A stretch of DNA of 64,000 bases from Guillardia theta CCMP2712. Taxonomy: Eukaryota > Protista > Cryptophyta. Location of the stretch: NCBI RefSeq assembly GCF_000315625.1, contig NW_005434653.1, positions 477,745 to 541,744 of the forward strand, written 5' to 3'. Position numbers and translations under genes: made by a program. Of the stretch, positions 48,351-60,386 are shown piece after piece (positions within the stretch are counted from its first letter, which is position 1; the number at the start of each line of letters is the position of its first letter). The notes beneath the pieces were generated by a model that was given only the letters and a program-made list of their open reading frames with translations, was not told the origin of the DNA and ran no database searches.

Positions 48351-48427
48351 TCACAACTCACTGGAGTCTAACTAACTTAACTTAAAGGGGGGGATCTGGC
48401 ATTGATGGATCGAAGATCGTGTTGTAG

Positions 48428-49054
48428 CTACGTCGACTTACTGCTGTCAGATGAGTCGTAGCCCTTGTCGATTCTCCTCAGCTCGCCACTCGCCATCCAC
48501 TGATGGCGGAAGCGACCACCTGCGTCGTCGGCTGTCAAGATTATGTTGCATCCTGCCGGAGGCCACAAAGACGCGCGGCCGTCTGTACTCAGGCACATAT
48601 ACCCATCAAAGTCAAATGCCGCATTCTCCTCGGGAGGGTCCTTGGTCTTGCCATATATCTTACATTCCTTCAGTCTTGGCTTTTCGGTTTTCCATCCTGA
48701 TGTCATGTCTTGTACGACTCGATCGAGCGCTTTGTACAGGCTTTTCTCCTTCATCATTACATACATCCAGGGGATGAAACATACACCCATTGTGACGCAG
48801 CACAGAAACCGAGAGCCGCTCGATGTTTTACCGTCCATTGCATTCTCATCGAAGAACTGCTGTATTGCTGCAATGAAATCATAGTACTGCTTCTCGGTAC
48901 AGATCGGTGAAAGCTTCGGGGAATACGGGGGATATTTTTGCTCGCCCTTTACGTTGAATCCGATGTTGATCCAGACTTCTGCTACACCTTCTTTTGACGT
49001 GCTCATCGGAGCCAAGAAAGCTCTCCCGGAGCTCAGGTATGGACATGTTGGCAT
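48428..49054 (-). CDS. Erf4/GOLGA7/CHIC-like small cysteine-rich hydrophobic protein
   Basis: Intronless 208-aa ORF. SPKLSPICTEKQYYDFIAAIQQFF followed by FLCCVTMGVCFIPW and KALDRVV resembles the Erf4/CHIC layout. Confidence 0.45.
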   Translation of the reverse strand: MPTCPYLSSGRAFLAPMSTSKEGVAEVWINIGFNVKGEQKYPPYSPKLSPICTEKQYYDFIAAIQQFFDENAMDGKTSSGSRFLCCVTMGVCFIPWMYVMMKEKSLYKALDRVVQDMTSGWKTEKPRLKECKIYGKTKDPPEENAAFDFDGYMCLSTDGRASLWPPAGCNIILTADDAGGRFRHQWMASGELRRIDKGYDSSDSSKST

Positions 49055-49189
49055 GATCTAAGAGCTTCTGCTTGTTGCCAAGAAGCAACAACCACTCGAA
49101 CCTGACTGGGGGGAAGGGAGCAGCCCTTTCAAAGGGAGGGGTGTTCAAGTTCATCCATCCTTTGGAGGGGTAATGGAAGTTGACAAAAG

Positions 49190-49445
49190 TGTCCGGGCCA
49201 CCCGGTGACCGTGCCGCCGCAGTGGCCACTGCGCGGCCGCAGTCCGTGACAGTTACCGTACGCGGTGCCAGCCGGCCCGGGCCCGGCCGTGACTCGGACC
49301 GGCCCCGCCGGGCTGAACCAATAATCTTTCGAGTCCCGGTGCCGGGCGCGGCCAGCCTCACCCGGGCCGGGCTCAGTGGCCCAGTGACCGCTAAGTTGCA
49401 ACTCAGTGCGGCAACGAACCCGGGACCGTACGGTACCGAAAGACC
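49190..49445. promoter_or_regulatory. GC island upstream of the Erf4/CHIC-like gene
   Basis: GGCCCGGGCCCGGCC, GTGACTC and ACCGTACGGT words. Confidence 0.45.
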
Positions 49446-50050
49446 GTACAGGGAGGCCTTGAGCTGACGAAAGCTCGGATCCTGGACCCGATGCGTTTAC
49501 GTACAAGTCGGATCACCTGAGACGTCTTGCGAGGCCGCGGCCCGGAGAGACCATCCAGCGCTGCCGTCACAAGTTCCTTGTTCGCCGAGCGATCCGCCAA
49601 CCACCACAGAACTTCGGAAAGCGCAACGCATCATCCTGCAAGAGGCCATCAATGCTCAGCTGGCGATGATGGGAAGAAACTTGAAAGGCCTTTGGCGGGA
49701 CTCCCGGACGTGCTGAGCATATGCATTACGATGATCATCGGATGCCCTCGGATCTTCCGCTGTGCTGCTGCTTGCAGTTTGCTCCTCCAGTCGCCTGCAG
49801 TTGCGGAAGTTCAAAGTCCCCCACATGATGATCATCAGGGCCGCATGTTGGGAAACGTTCTGTCGGGTGCCGGGTACGCCTTGCACATGGACGCGGCATC
49901 TCACTCCTGAATCTTTGATGAGGGTACTGAGGACGCTATTGCACTTCTCAGTCGCGGCGATCAGTGGCCCGTCCGATCAACTTTGTCGGGAGCCACTTTA
50001 AATGTTTGCAAGGTGAGGTCGTGAATGTTTATAAGGGATCGGTGGGTAGA

Positions 50051-50082
50051 GGGGGTAGTGGGGGTAGTGGGGGTAGTGGGGG
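50051..50082 (+). repeat. (GGGGGTAGT)x4 G-tract repeat, G-quadruplex-capable
   Basis: Four G5 runs separated by TAGT. Confidence 0.8.
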
Positions 50083-51385
50083 TACCGTCAGGAGGGTGCA
50101 ACCAAGCAGTTTGACCGTCGGTCACCTATGGTTTTGGAGATATTCTTCCAAATTATTGAAAAGTATTCTGTATATTGAAATTTTCACTTTAAATGATTAA
50201 ATTTTTCACTCAAAAAAATTCCCCCACCCTTCCAATCCCCGAGCTTCTCTCACTATACCCCCGTCATTCCCCATATTCAGTAAAGTACCCCTCTTTATTC
50301 CCTTAGACTACCCACCCATTTCTACCACGTTTCCCCGTTTCCCCGAGTGACCCCCGTTGCTGACCAACCTTCTCTCCCCAGTGTGACCCCCACCCTCATA
50401 AATCTCGGTTGAATGGGACCTGTGTACCCCACCCCCTTCGACCATGGTTTGCTTGTAAGCCTACCCCCTTCGTGATTACGCCTCCGGCAAATAAACTTTT
50501 CACTGACAGCATTCTATTACTGAAAGTTGAAATTTATAGACAATATATTAGCTTAAAAGTTGAAAATTGTGGTCTTGAATAAATAAATTTGATACATGTT
50601 GAAACAACAACTTTATTTTGTGAAAATGTTTATGCTGTTTTCTCTCCTTGGTGGGGTGATATACCCGACCTGGACTTCGACATTGTTTGCCTAGTCAAAT
50701 CAACCCCTTCTCTCCCCAAGTTTTAAAAAGTACTCCCACCCACCCCTTTTAAAAAGCACCCCACCTTTATTTCATAGGGTGCTCCATAACCCGGTGGAAT
50801 AGTTCATTCGAAACCTTTAATCACAGGGGTGGGTATATGTACCCACCCCTACCAACTACCCCTCGTGAAATCGGGAAGGGCGAGCCCAGACTCCCCGACA
50901 GGAGGAAGAGGAAGATGATGACGAGGGGGAACGGGAGGGGAACGGGAGGGGAACGGGAGAGGTTGGGGGGATAAGGAGCACGAGGAAGGGAGAGAAGGGG
51001 AAGAGCAGGGAGGGAGGGAGGAGGGAAGGGGGCAAAGCAGGAAGGGAGAGAGGGAGGGGATCGTAGACACATTGGGTAGGTTAATCGTACGGATTGTGGG
51101 AGTGAGGAGGCTAAATACAACCACGCTGCTATAGCTCGCACCTCAACTAGAAGGAAACAGGCGGAGAATATGGGAAGGAGCCGAAAGTTTCTTCAAGTGA
51201 TCCACCAAAGTTTTTGATAGGATCCAAAGGTCAACAGATCAGGGCGTGATAGATCGCCAGAACAGCAAATGGGAATCTGAAACTTGGTAGCATCAATTAT
51301 CAAGAAAGATTTTCTATCCCCCAGCAGTTGAATTAGGAAGAAACCTCTACTTGGGTCTCCCAAGTTTCTCAAGGCTGTTGAGCAG

Positions 51386-53544
51386 ATGCCGTCTCTCGCC
51401 CAGAACAAGGACGACGATGGACTTCTCTCGTCCAAGGTGAACAAGACACTTCGCTGCTGGCTCCTCTATCCTCACGTGCTCTTTCAAACAGGAAGCAGCA
51501 CACAACAATCATAGCTCTTCGCACTCGAGGTAGTTGCGCTGCGCTGGGGAAGTGCCTGTCCTGATGATATAGCAGGTCGAACAACCCCGACGCGTCCTCG
51601 CTCATGGAAATCATCTCCAACCCGACCAAGGCTCAGCTCTACACCACCGTTGGCCCTGTTTCGCTCATCCAAGCTCTGTCCGACAACATCCGCCCTGCTC
51701 TGCTCGTCGCGGTTGTCTCCGTCTCCCTCTCCATCGGCCTCGGCATTGCCAGTGGCTCGACGCCACTAGCAGGACTCCGCACGGCGATCTGGGGGGGACT
51801 TTTCTGCGGTGCCTTCGGTTCTTCTCCTTTCAATATCATCGGGCCAGCTGGAGCGCTTGCTGGGCAACTCTCCAAGTACTCGTCGATGTGGGGGCCTGAC
51901 GTGCTGCCATGGATCGCCATTTGCAGCGGGTTCCTGTGCGCCGTTATCCTCAAGTTGAACCTGCAGAAGTACATGCTGTTCATGCCTAAGAGCGTGTTCG
52001 AGGGCTTCACGGTCGCCGTGGCCTTCGGGATCGGGTTGAAGCAGATCAACTACGCCTGCGGCCTGCACGGCCTGCACAAACACGAGCACTTCATCGAGAA
52101 CGTGTGGGAGTCCATCAAGAACTTGCCGCACGCTCGGATGTCTTCTCTCGCTCTCTTCGTCCCGGAGACCATCCTCCTCTTCGTCCTCCTGAAGAAGGTG
52201 CCCAAGATCCCCTGGATGGTGATTGTGCCGTTCGTCACCATCATCTTCGGCTATGTAGCATCTGGAGAGTCCGAAGGGTTTTCTCTCGACACCCTCAAGA
52301 CTGAGTTCGGCGTGTTGACCAACGACATCATCGAGTTTCCGGATTTCTCGGTCGTCGAAAGGATCGCGAGCAACTTTGGCGCCTTCGCCTCCGCCTGCTT
52401 CTCTGTGTGCCTGGTTGCCGTCCTTGAGACGTTGATCAGCGCCAAGATAGCCGACTTCCGCGCTCACGACAACTTCCTGGGATCCTTCGACGAGGGGAAG
52501 GAGCTGCGGGCGCTTGCTGGCGCGCAGGTCCTCTGCGGCCTCCTCGGGGGTCTTCCTCCTACCGGCGTTTTTGTGCGTACCAGCGTGAACCAACTCAACG
52601 GGGCGACGCACGTGCTGTCACAATGGATGAACGCCATCTTCGTCATGATCATCACGGTAGCGACTATGCCTGTGTTCTCCTACCTGCCCCTCTCCTCCGT
52701 CGCCTCTATCCTCGTCGTCAGTTCCGTCCGCATGATCCCGATGCACTTCCTCCACGACCTCTGGAAGAACGACAAGAGCCACTTCGGCCTCTGCATGTTC
52801 ACCGCGGCCGTGGGGATCTGGTCGGATCCTGTTGAAGGCCTGCTGGGTGGGATGCTGATCGCTTTCCTCATGGGCGCCATGAGCTCCAACACAGCGAGCG
52901 GTGCCGTGGTGATGGAGAAGTCGGAGGTGATGTTGGACGGGGAGGAGCTTCCTGCGGGGATCGTTCAGATCACTGGGCCAGTCACGTACGCCAACGGGGA
53001 GGGAATCATGAAGCGGTCACTGGACGTCATGGAGTTCAGCCCAGTCATGTGCGTCCTCGACCTCTCGCGGGTGACTGAGATGGACATGGATGGGGGTGAA
53101 GCCGTCGAGCGCCTCGTCGTGTCCCTGCAGAAGAGGATGAAGAGCAACGCCCAGAACTTGACCGGAGGAGGGCAGGTGATAATTTTGCCTTGTCTTCCTT
53201 CTCTCGCGCCACTCCTCTTCTCAAACTTAGTTCTTCCCAACGTCCTTTCCTCATCTTCATTCTCGTCCTGGTCGTTGTCCCCTTGCTGACAAGTCAACCA
53301 ACAGGTCGCGTTCGTCGGCATCCCCAACAGCATCAAGCATGTTTTGCATTCTCAGCATCACATCAAGGAGGTGCTCGAAGGAAGAGACAGCTTCTCCACC
53401 GTCGCCGGAGCTCTCAAGCAGATGTCACACGCCATGTCCCGTGAGATCAATTTGGTCGTTGACCAGTCAGAGACGTTGATCACCGCGAGTTTCAACTCTC
53501 AGTGCATGGGAGGCTCGGACTATCCTGTAGAGACCAAGCAGTAA
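51386..53544 (+). CDS. SulP/SLC26 anion transporter with STAS domain
   Basis: VSLSIGLGIASG..AGLRTAIWGG..FGSSPFNIIGPAGA, VFEGFTVAVA, LETLISAKIAD, TGVFVRTSVNQLNGA; STAS QITGPVTYAN..VLDLSRVTEMDMDG. Two small 5' exons and a last intron at ~53176-53304. Confidence 0.9.
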
Positions 53545-53759
53545 CGCGGCAGCGAGCCCGGTCGCAAGATGCCCCCGGCATGTCGTCGAGGCCGTCAGCC
53601 TGCCTCTCGTGTTGGGCCCTCTCCTCGTTGTGTTGTTCCATGTCAGTCTGTATCGCCTCATGTCTTGTACCATAAGCTCCCTCTCTCCCTAAGAGAACCT
53701 TCTACACCCTCCTCCAGTACCAGATAATCCTTATGATTGAACAAACGAACCCTCTTTGA

Positions 53760-56700
53760 TTACTTTGCCGCCAACCCCTTGCGGATCTTTCCTTTCCTGC
53801 GTGGTCGGGATTCCAGTACTGCCCAATGGTCATCATGCAGGCAAACAAGCAGCTGCCTGCTCTCACCGTCAAGGTTGATGCCGGCCTCTGTACTGTTGGT
53901 GCGCAGGGACTCGTACCGAATGACAAGCTCCTTGAACTTCTCAGCGACTTGAAGCTCCTAAGGCACCAATCACGACGTTCTCAGGGCTACAAGTGTGTGC
54001 ACACGTTGATTTGAAACATCTTGTAGAGTAAGGGATCATCCTCCCTGGTGATGGGGATCAAATTCCTCTTGTCCGCAACCTGGAATGCAACAGTTCCAGG
54101 TTGCAGTGAGCGACGGGCAAGACGAGGTCATGACAACCTGCTCTACGGTGCGATCCAGCCTCGGGTGGATGACGTTTCCTGTCTCTTCCAACTTTCCCGG
54201 CCGACATCGCAACTCTGTCCATCACATTTCAGGCCATCAACAGCAAAGCGACTTGATTTTCTGCTCACTTTCTTGCTCCCAGCAGTCTCCGTGCTCCCAC
54301 CACATGCTCCCATAGATCTCATTGTTGAGCAGGACCATCTCAGCCTGCTTGGAGTTCTGGCCTGTTGAAAAATGACTCGTCAGGGCCCGGGCGTATCTTC
54401 CTTTTGATCCTCTTTCAACAAAGACAGCCGCATCATCGCTCCCCCTTTTCATCGTCGTCAAACTTCTGATCCTCTCCTCGATTTTGATCCCAAAGATTCC
54501 TCCACTCACCGCAGTAGAACGCCTCGAAGTTGTTGTTAAAGAATTTACACTCCCTCACTCTCGCTCGGGCAGAGTCGTCCACACCGACCCCGTAGTTGGT
54601 GTAATGGAACTCGCAGCTACAGGAGGCTCGTCACCGAGGTAGTAGGAGAGGACAGGAAACTATCTCATCCCACCCTTCCAGTTCTCCGTAGGATCCGCCG
54701 ACGAAGGAAGCCCCTCCCCCTGTCCGCTCATCATCGCCCCAGCAGTCTGTCGTAGCAAGCTACTCACCTCCGTTGAAGCCACAGTCTTCCATCTTACACT
54801 TCTCCACGTGAACCTCCGCTCGGTCGCATCCAACTATCCCCTCTTCGCATCCATCAGCCATGGCCTTCTCTGCCCTTCCTTATCCAGTCTTTCTCTCCTC
54901 TGCTCTGCCCTTCCATCCTCTCCTCTCCCTTTCTCTCCTCTGCTCTCTTTCGCCCTGCTCCCCTCGTCTGGTCTCGTCTCTGGTATCTTCATTTCATCTC
55001 TCCTTCCCCTCCCCTCCTTGCCCCCTCCCATCCCCTCCTCCACTTCTCACCTGCAGCCATCCGACAGTCTTGCTGGAGATGATTCGGAAAGTTTTCTACC
55101 CACCATTGATTCTTCCCACACCCGAGTCCTCCTACAACTCCCTCAATCCTCTCCTCCACCCCGCTCTCCTCTTCACCGCAGATGCTTGAGGACAGGATGA
55201 CCTCGGCCCACCTCTCACACAGCAGGGCTGTTCCTCCAGCACTTCGGATCTAGAGGTAGACGGAGTCATCGAACGTACATGAAGACACAACCGGCAGGCA
55301 AGCAGGACAAGCCACTCAGACCGAACTCATCACTCCTCTCGATCGCAGTATCTTGTGACATCAATCCATGGAAGCAAACAAGCTCGTAGTCGATCACCTC
55401 GCAGCTGTTGATCACCCAGGGCCCACTCTGGAAAGGATCGACTCGAAGTCAGCACAGACCACATCCCTCCATCGCGTGTCTCCCATCTTCTCCTTCCTCT
55501 CTGCCTCCTCACCTCAATCCTGATCGTTGCCAACGCTTCATCCGGCGGAGGCTTCAGCTCCACAGGACATCCCTCAGCGGTCCTTCCACAGGGACCGACG
55601 AAATTTCGCAGCAGTGGGCTGTACCATCGTTGAAGTCAGCAGGAAGGTAAGTTGATTGCAGGAAGCAAGAAACAACATGACTTGGAGGGGGGGAGGGGGG
55701 GGGGGACAGAAAGAATGAGTTGACAAGTAGACAGAAGAATGAGTAGGACAAGACGAGACAGGAGAGCGAGGAGAGCGAGAAGGGAGATCGCGATTGATGA
55801 GCAGCAGGCTGGAAGTGACGAGGTCCTGGGGAGACACGAAGGAACCGGAGCCTAGTCTCAACCTGACGTAATCCGAGTAAGGGCCAAAAGTTCCACCAGG
55901 CCATCGTGGGTCCTTCCTCAAACCTCCTGGACCTGCACAAGTTCAGCACAGAGCAACGGCTGCCTCTCTTCCTCTCCTCCCCTGCTTGTCTCCTACCTGC
56001 TTCGAAGACGCAGCAGAGACCCTTGATCGATCCCTCGCTTCCTTCCCGCAGCTCCCATTGTCCCCAAACTCTCGCCGTTCGCGTGCCTGGCTGGTTTCAT
56101 CCCCCGCCAATCCTCCCCTTGCTCTTCCTCCTCTTTCTGCCCCGCCTCCCATCCCCCCAACCTCCTCTCAACCAAATCCATTTGCCCATTACCTGCAATG
56201 TTCACCTTCGTATTGTTTTCTTTGGGGATGATAGGCCTGTACAACGAATAGAGTTTGAGCAGGAGGCCAAGAAACATCCTCTCTTTACCCATCACGGTAT
56301 CCTATGTCTTCATCGAATTCATTGAAGACTCTTCTAGTCCGCAGGCTGCAAACAACTCAACATCTGCGGCTCTTGCTCATCCCTCCCTTCCTCCCTACCG
56401 ACCTGCGCCCAAACCCTCGAAAGACTTTCCCAAGGTTCTTTTTCCTCTTGTCCCAATCCACCACCTCGTCGTCGTATCCCGGCTCCTTGACTCTCTCCCC
56501 CACTTGCAGCAGCTGGTGCTCGTACATGTCGTTGTAGGAGTACAGGTTCGCTATCCGGTCCCCACTGACGTGCAACCTGGCACTTGTCTCCTCTGCTACC
56601 CGCAGCCCAGCAGCAAGGGAGTACTTATCGGGAACTAGAATGTCTCCCTCCTCAGCTGGAAAGTTCCTCCTCAAGGAGATCGGGCCCCTTGTCTCCAGGG

Positions 56701-58509
56701 GAGAAACAGGAAAGTCGAGACCCCATGAAAAACCTGGATGCTTGACTGCCAGCCAGTCCTCCTCCTCAGCCGGCAGCCAGTATCTCAGGTCATTCTGTTC
56801 CCTTCCGAGGATGGAGGAGTGTGGGAATTCGATGCCCTCGTGTTGTGACAGCATGTCGTCATCGGTGGAGGGATCGATGGAGCACAGCCCAGCTGTAAGG
56901 AAATGTCGATCAGGCAGACAAGGGAATTGCCGGGGCGGAAGGAGGAGAAAGGGGAGGAGGAAGGGCACAGAGCGCAGGAGGAAGGAGGAGGAGACAGGAA
57001 GAGGGAGGTAGAGGGAGGAGGAGAGAAGGAGAGAGGAGGAGAGAGGAGGAGACAGGTAGAGGGAGGAGGAGACAGGAGGATACAGGAAGAGGGAGGTAGA
57101 GGGAGGCGGAGGAGAAGGTAATACCATCGTCCCTCGAGTCGCACCAAGTCTCGTTGAAACTGGAGAGTTTCTCGGACATGGAGATCCTGCGTTGGAACCT
57201 CCGGCTGACCCATCGGCATCGTCCACAGCCATCGCCCCCAAGGCACCTCTCTGCGCGGTCATATTAGTGTTCAACCCTCCACCCTCCCTCCCTCCTCGCC
57301 CTGCGCCAGGGCACCTGCTGAAGAAATCATCTCCTCCAGCGGATCTCCATTGATCTCGAGCTCTTTCAGACGCGCAGCCCTCACGTACAAGATCAGCTGA
57401 GAAAGACCGTCAGGTGAAGGGACGGTCTTCTCAGCTCATCGACCGGGTTGGTTCCGATGACAGGAGGGAGCTCTTCCTCCGGGACCCTCTTGTAAGGGGG
57501 GAACTTTCCTTCCTTCAGCTGCTTCCTGTGAGTCTCCGTTATCTTCAAGTCCAATCAGTCTCGCCACCAAGCAGGTCGTTTGTCTTATCACCCCGTTGTT
57601 GAATGTCCCACTCAGAAGAGCTTTCTTCTCTTCCCACATTTCCCTCATTAGATCATTGAGAAAGTCCTGCTGAGCCTCGGAAGGGGGCTTATGGAAGGGG
57701 TCGTAGCTGCTGTTGTACAGCACTTGTTGGACGTTGTTCCCTGAGATCCAAGACTCAGGCTGAGGAATGCAGGAGGAGCGAAGAGAAAGCAAATGTAAGC
57801 GGTAGGGGAACACATGAGGGAGTGATCGCAGCAAAGAGGCAAAGGGACGAGGAAAGGAAAGCAACAGGAGGAAAGCATCTTACAATCCTCCTCTTCCAAC
57901 ATGGGGATTCGGACTACATTCGGATTCTCAGCTTCTCCTGCGTCCTGCATGCATGCTTCGATAGGATCTGCTGCTGTTGGTCTGGGGAGTAGCGATGCGT
58001 CATCAACAACGAGGTGCGGAGAAGTCATACTTGAACTGATCGTTGGGTTCTTCTCTCAAGTCTTGTTATGCAAGTAAGATACAGCAAGCTCTTTGACCCT
58101 GCCAGCCCACCTTCTATGATCTTCTTGCCCATCTTCTGATCAAACGATCGAAACACATCCTTCGACTTCAACTTCTTCTCCTGACAAGAGTATCAGATGG
58201 CCAGCGATGCTGGAGCCTCGTTTACTTGTGGATCGCAGGTTTGTGCATTGAGCTCCGCTAGCTTCTGCTCAAATTCCTGCCATGACCTCTGAGCAACCTC
58301 GTAGGTTGAGGTCTTGAAGTTCAAACCGCCAAGACATCTTCATATCGTTCTTCGCTGCCAGCTCCCCTTAGATTGTGACGAAAGGCACCTAAGGCGTTCA
58401 AGATTGGATGCTTGGGTCGCACGCAGTTGTCTTGCAACAACCTCGACAGCCTGGACTGGATCGGAAGCGAAAGCACAAGCACCCAGCAGAGCAAACAGCG
58501 ATGTGCCAT
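53760..58509 (-). CDS. Right-handed beta-helix (PbH1/CASH-like) protein with signal peptide, LRGAG leader and basic C-terminus; many introns
   Basis: Leader MAHRCLLCWVLVLSLPIQSR..HNLRGAGS. Beta-helix exons GPWVINSCE, IRSAGGTALLCERWAEVIL, AEVHVEKCKMEDCG and CEFHYNNYGVGVDDSARARVRECKFFNNNFEAF. Ends RPRRKGKIRKGLAAK*. The single-gene model is inferred. Confidence 0.6.
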
Positions 58510-58724
58510 GAAGGAGAAAGGAGACATCACCACGAACCTTCCAGCAGGCGAATCGTCCTTGTCTGCCGCTTCCTCACAGCAAAGACGGGATTCCTCCTCT
58601 CTGCAACTCCCCTCTGCTGATCTCTCTCGACTTCCACCTGTCTTGCTCCTTCATCGTCAGGGTCAAGGCTCCCGCAGTAGCCGCATCGCAGTGCTCAACT
58701 TCGCCACTCAGCGGCTGCCCGAGT

Positions 58725-58950
58725 AGGGGGGTCCGAGCCTCCGGGCCCCGGGCCCGGCCCGGGGGCCGCTACGGTGGGCCCCGGCTCAGTAGTGGCTCAA
58801 GTTACTCAAAGAGTCAGCCAAAACAAATCAGGACCGTAGGCGTTCTTAGCTGCCTTTACTCAAAGTTAAGTTAAAAATCAGTACTAGCAGTTCTTAGCTG
58901 AGTTCCTAGCTAACGAGTACCGGTCCGATGGAGCAGTACCGGTACTTTAA
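58725..58950. promoter_or_regulatory. GC/palindrome island in a divergent promoter
   Basis: CCGGGCCCCGGGCCCGG, AGTACCGGTACT palindrome and repeated GTTCTTAGCTG. Confidence 0.45.
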
Positions 58951-59164
58951 CAGGGCAGAAGTGGGGTGAGAGAGCACTGTAGCTGAGACTCTCATTCGAT
59001 ACAGGGTGGGTACTACCGGGGGTCGGGCTTCTCCCCCATTTAAAGAGGCAGCAGGGTTACCACGGAGGGAGCAGCAGGATGTGCTGTACTGTGCGTTGCA
59101 GTCATGTAGCGTTAGTTAGAGATCTGTGATGAAGGAGGAGGGAGGGAGAAATACAAGCGTCATC

Positions 59165-59222
59165 GTGGTATCAGCGCATTCCTTGTGGTATCAGCGCATT
59201 CCTTGTGGTATCAGCGCATTCC
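59165..59222. repeat. 20-bp tandem repeat GTGGTATCAGCGCATTCCTT x~3
   Basis: Directly visible; no spacers. Confidence 0.95.
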
Positions 59223-59310
59223 AGTGTGAGAAGTTTGACACAGGGAGTTGTCTGACACTGGGAGTCATTTTCGCGCGACTGAACTTTTTGTCATCAGACC
59301 TCAACAACAC

Positions 59311-59941
59311 ATGCCACGGAAGGAGAAAGCTTCAAAAAGAAATCAAGAGGACAGCAGCTCGTCCTCAGGCAAGAAGGCTCGAGTTGAACCAAAACCCGAT
59401 GAGGACAAGGTAAGACTCTTCATACGATTCCACCGATGTAACGCATTTTCTGATTTTGGGTACGATGCAGTGTGCAAAATGTATGCGATATTTTCCTACC
59501 TATGATTACCAGCCAACTAAAACAGAGTGCTGTGGAATGCCAATCCAAGGAAAACATTGTGTCAAATGCGGTCCATACACAAGGATAGCCGCATGTCTCA
59601 AGAACGGTGACTGCTTGGGGTATTGCGGAGGGGACGAGAAGTGCGTGTATTGCAGGAGACATCGGCCTCAGTGCGAGCTCTGCCCAATCTGCGACGGATG
59701 CGACCATTGTTGTTACGGCGGCTTGGATGCCAAAGAATGTAAAAAGTGCAAATATCAGCGAGCGCCGTGTGAGATCTGTTCTGGCTGCGGCAGCTGCGTT
59801 TTCTCCTGCTGCAAATGCAAAAAGTGCCCCGACTGCGACAGAAGTTATTCAGAGGGGCCGAAAAGAGATGATGATGAAACTTGTCAATGCGATTCAAGAG
59901 ACTTCATCTTGCTGAGGTTCAAGCCAAACTCTCATCGCTGA
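59311..59941 (+). CDS. Cysteine-rich putative zinc-binding protein with basic N-terminus
   Basis: Exon 1 MPRKEKASKR..GKKARVEPKPDEDK, intron 59410-59470, exon 2 with many CxxC pairs. Confidence 0.65.
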
Positions 59942-60268
59942 AGTCTGCTATGGTAAAACTTCTCCTTTGGCCATGCTTGCAGCTCATGCCCCGTGTTGAC
60001 TCCCAGGTGCAGGATGAGTTCTGTACTCCTGCCCATCCTTGTGTCAGAACTCATAGGAACCGAGCTCTCACCAGATGAATCGGATCTAGCTCTAAGATAG
60101 GGAGAGCCATCACAGCTACGGTGATGACAACCTCTACATCAACAACAGAGCAAGTCAAGACTACAGCAAGAAGGACGGGTCTGTTATCCTCAAGCTCATG
60201 GCAAGAGGTTTGGGGAAAGAAGAGCCACGAGGAAAGGAGTTCTTGCTCACCAGGGCCCGCTGTGTGCC

Positions 60269-60270
<2 letters not shown>

Positions 60271-60352
<82 letters not shown>

Positions 60353-60386
60353 CGGTGTGTGTGTGTGACGGTGTGTGTGTGTGTGC
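60271..60386. repeat. Compound (CT)n(GT)n microsatellite
   Basis: Directly visible. Confidence 0.97.

Noticed and set aside
59165-59222. Possible CRISPR-like repeat
   Set aside because: Head-to-tail 20-bp units with no spacers and no cas genes, in a eukaryotic context.
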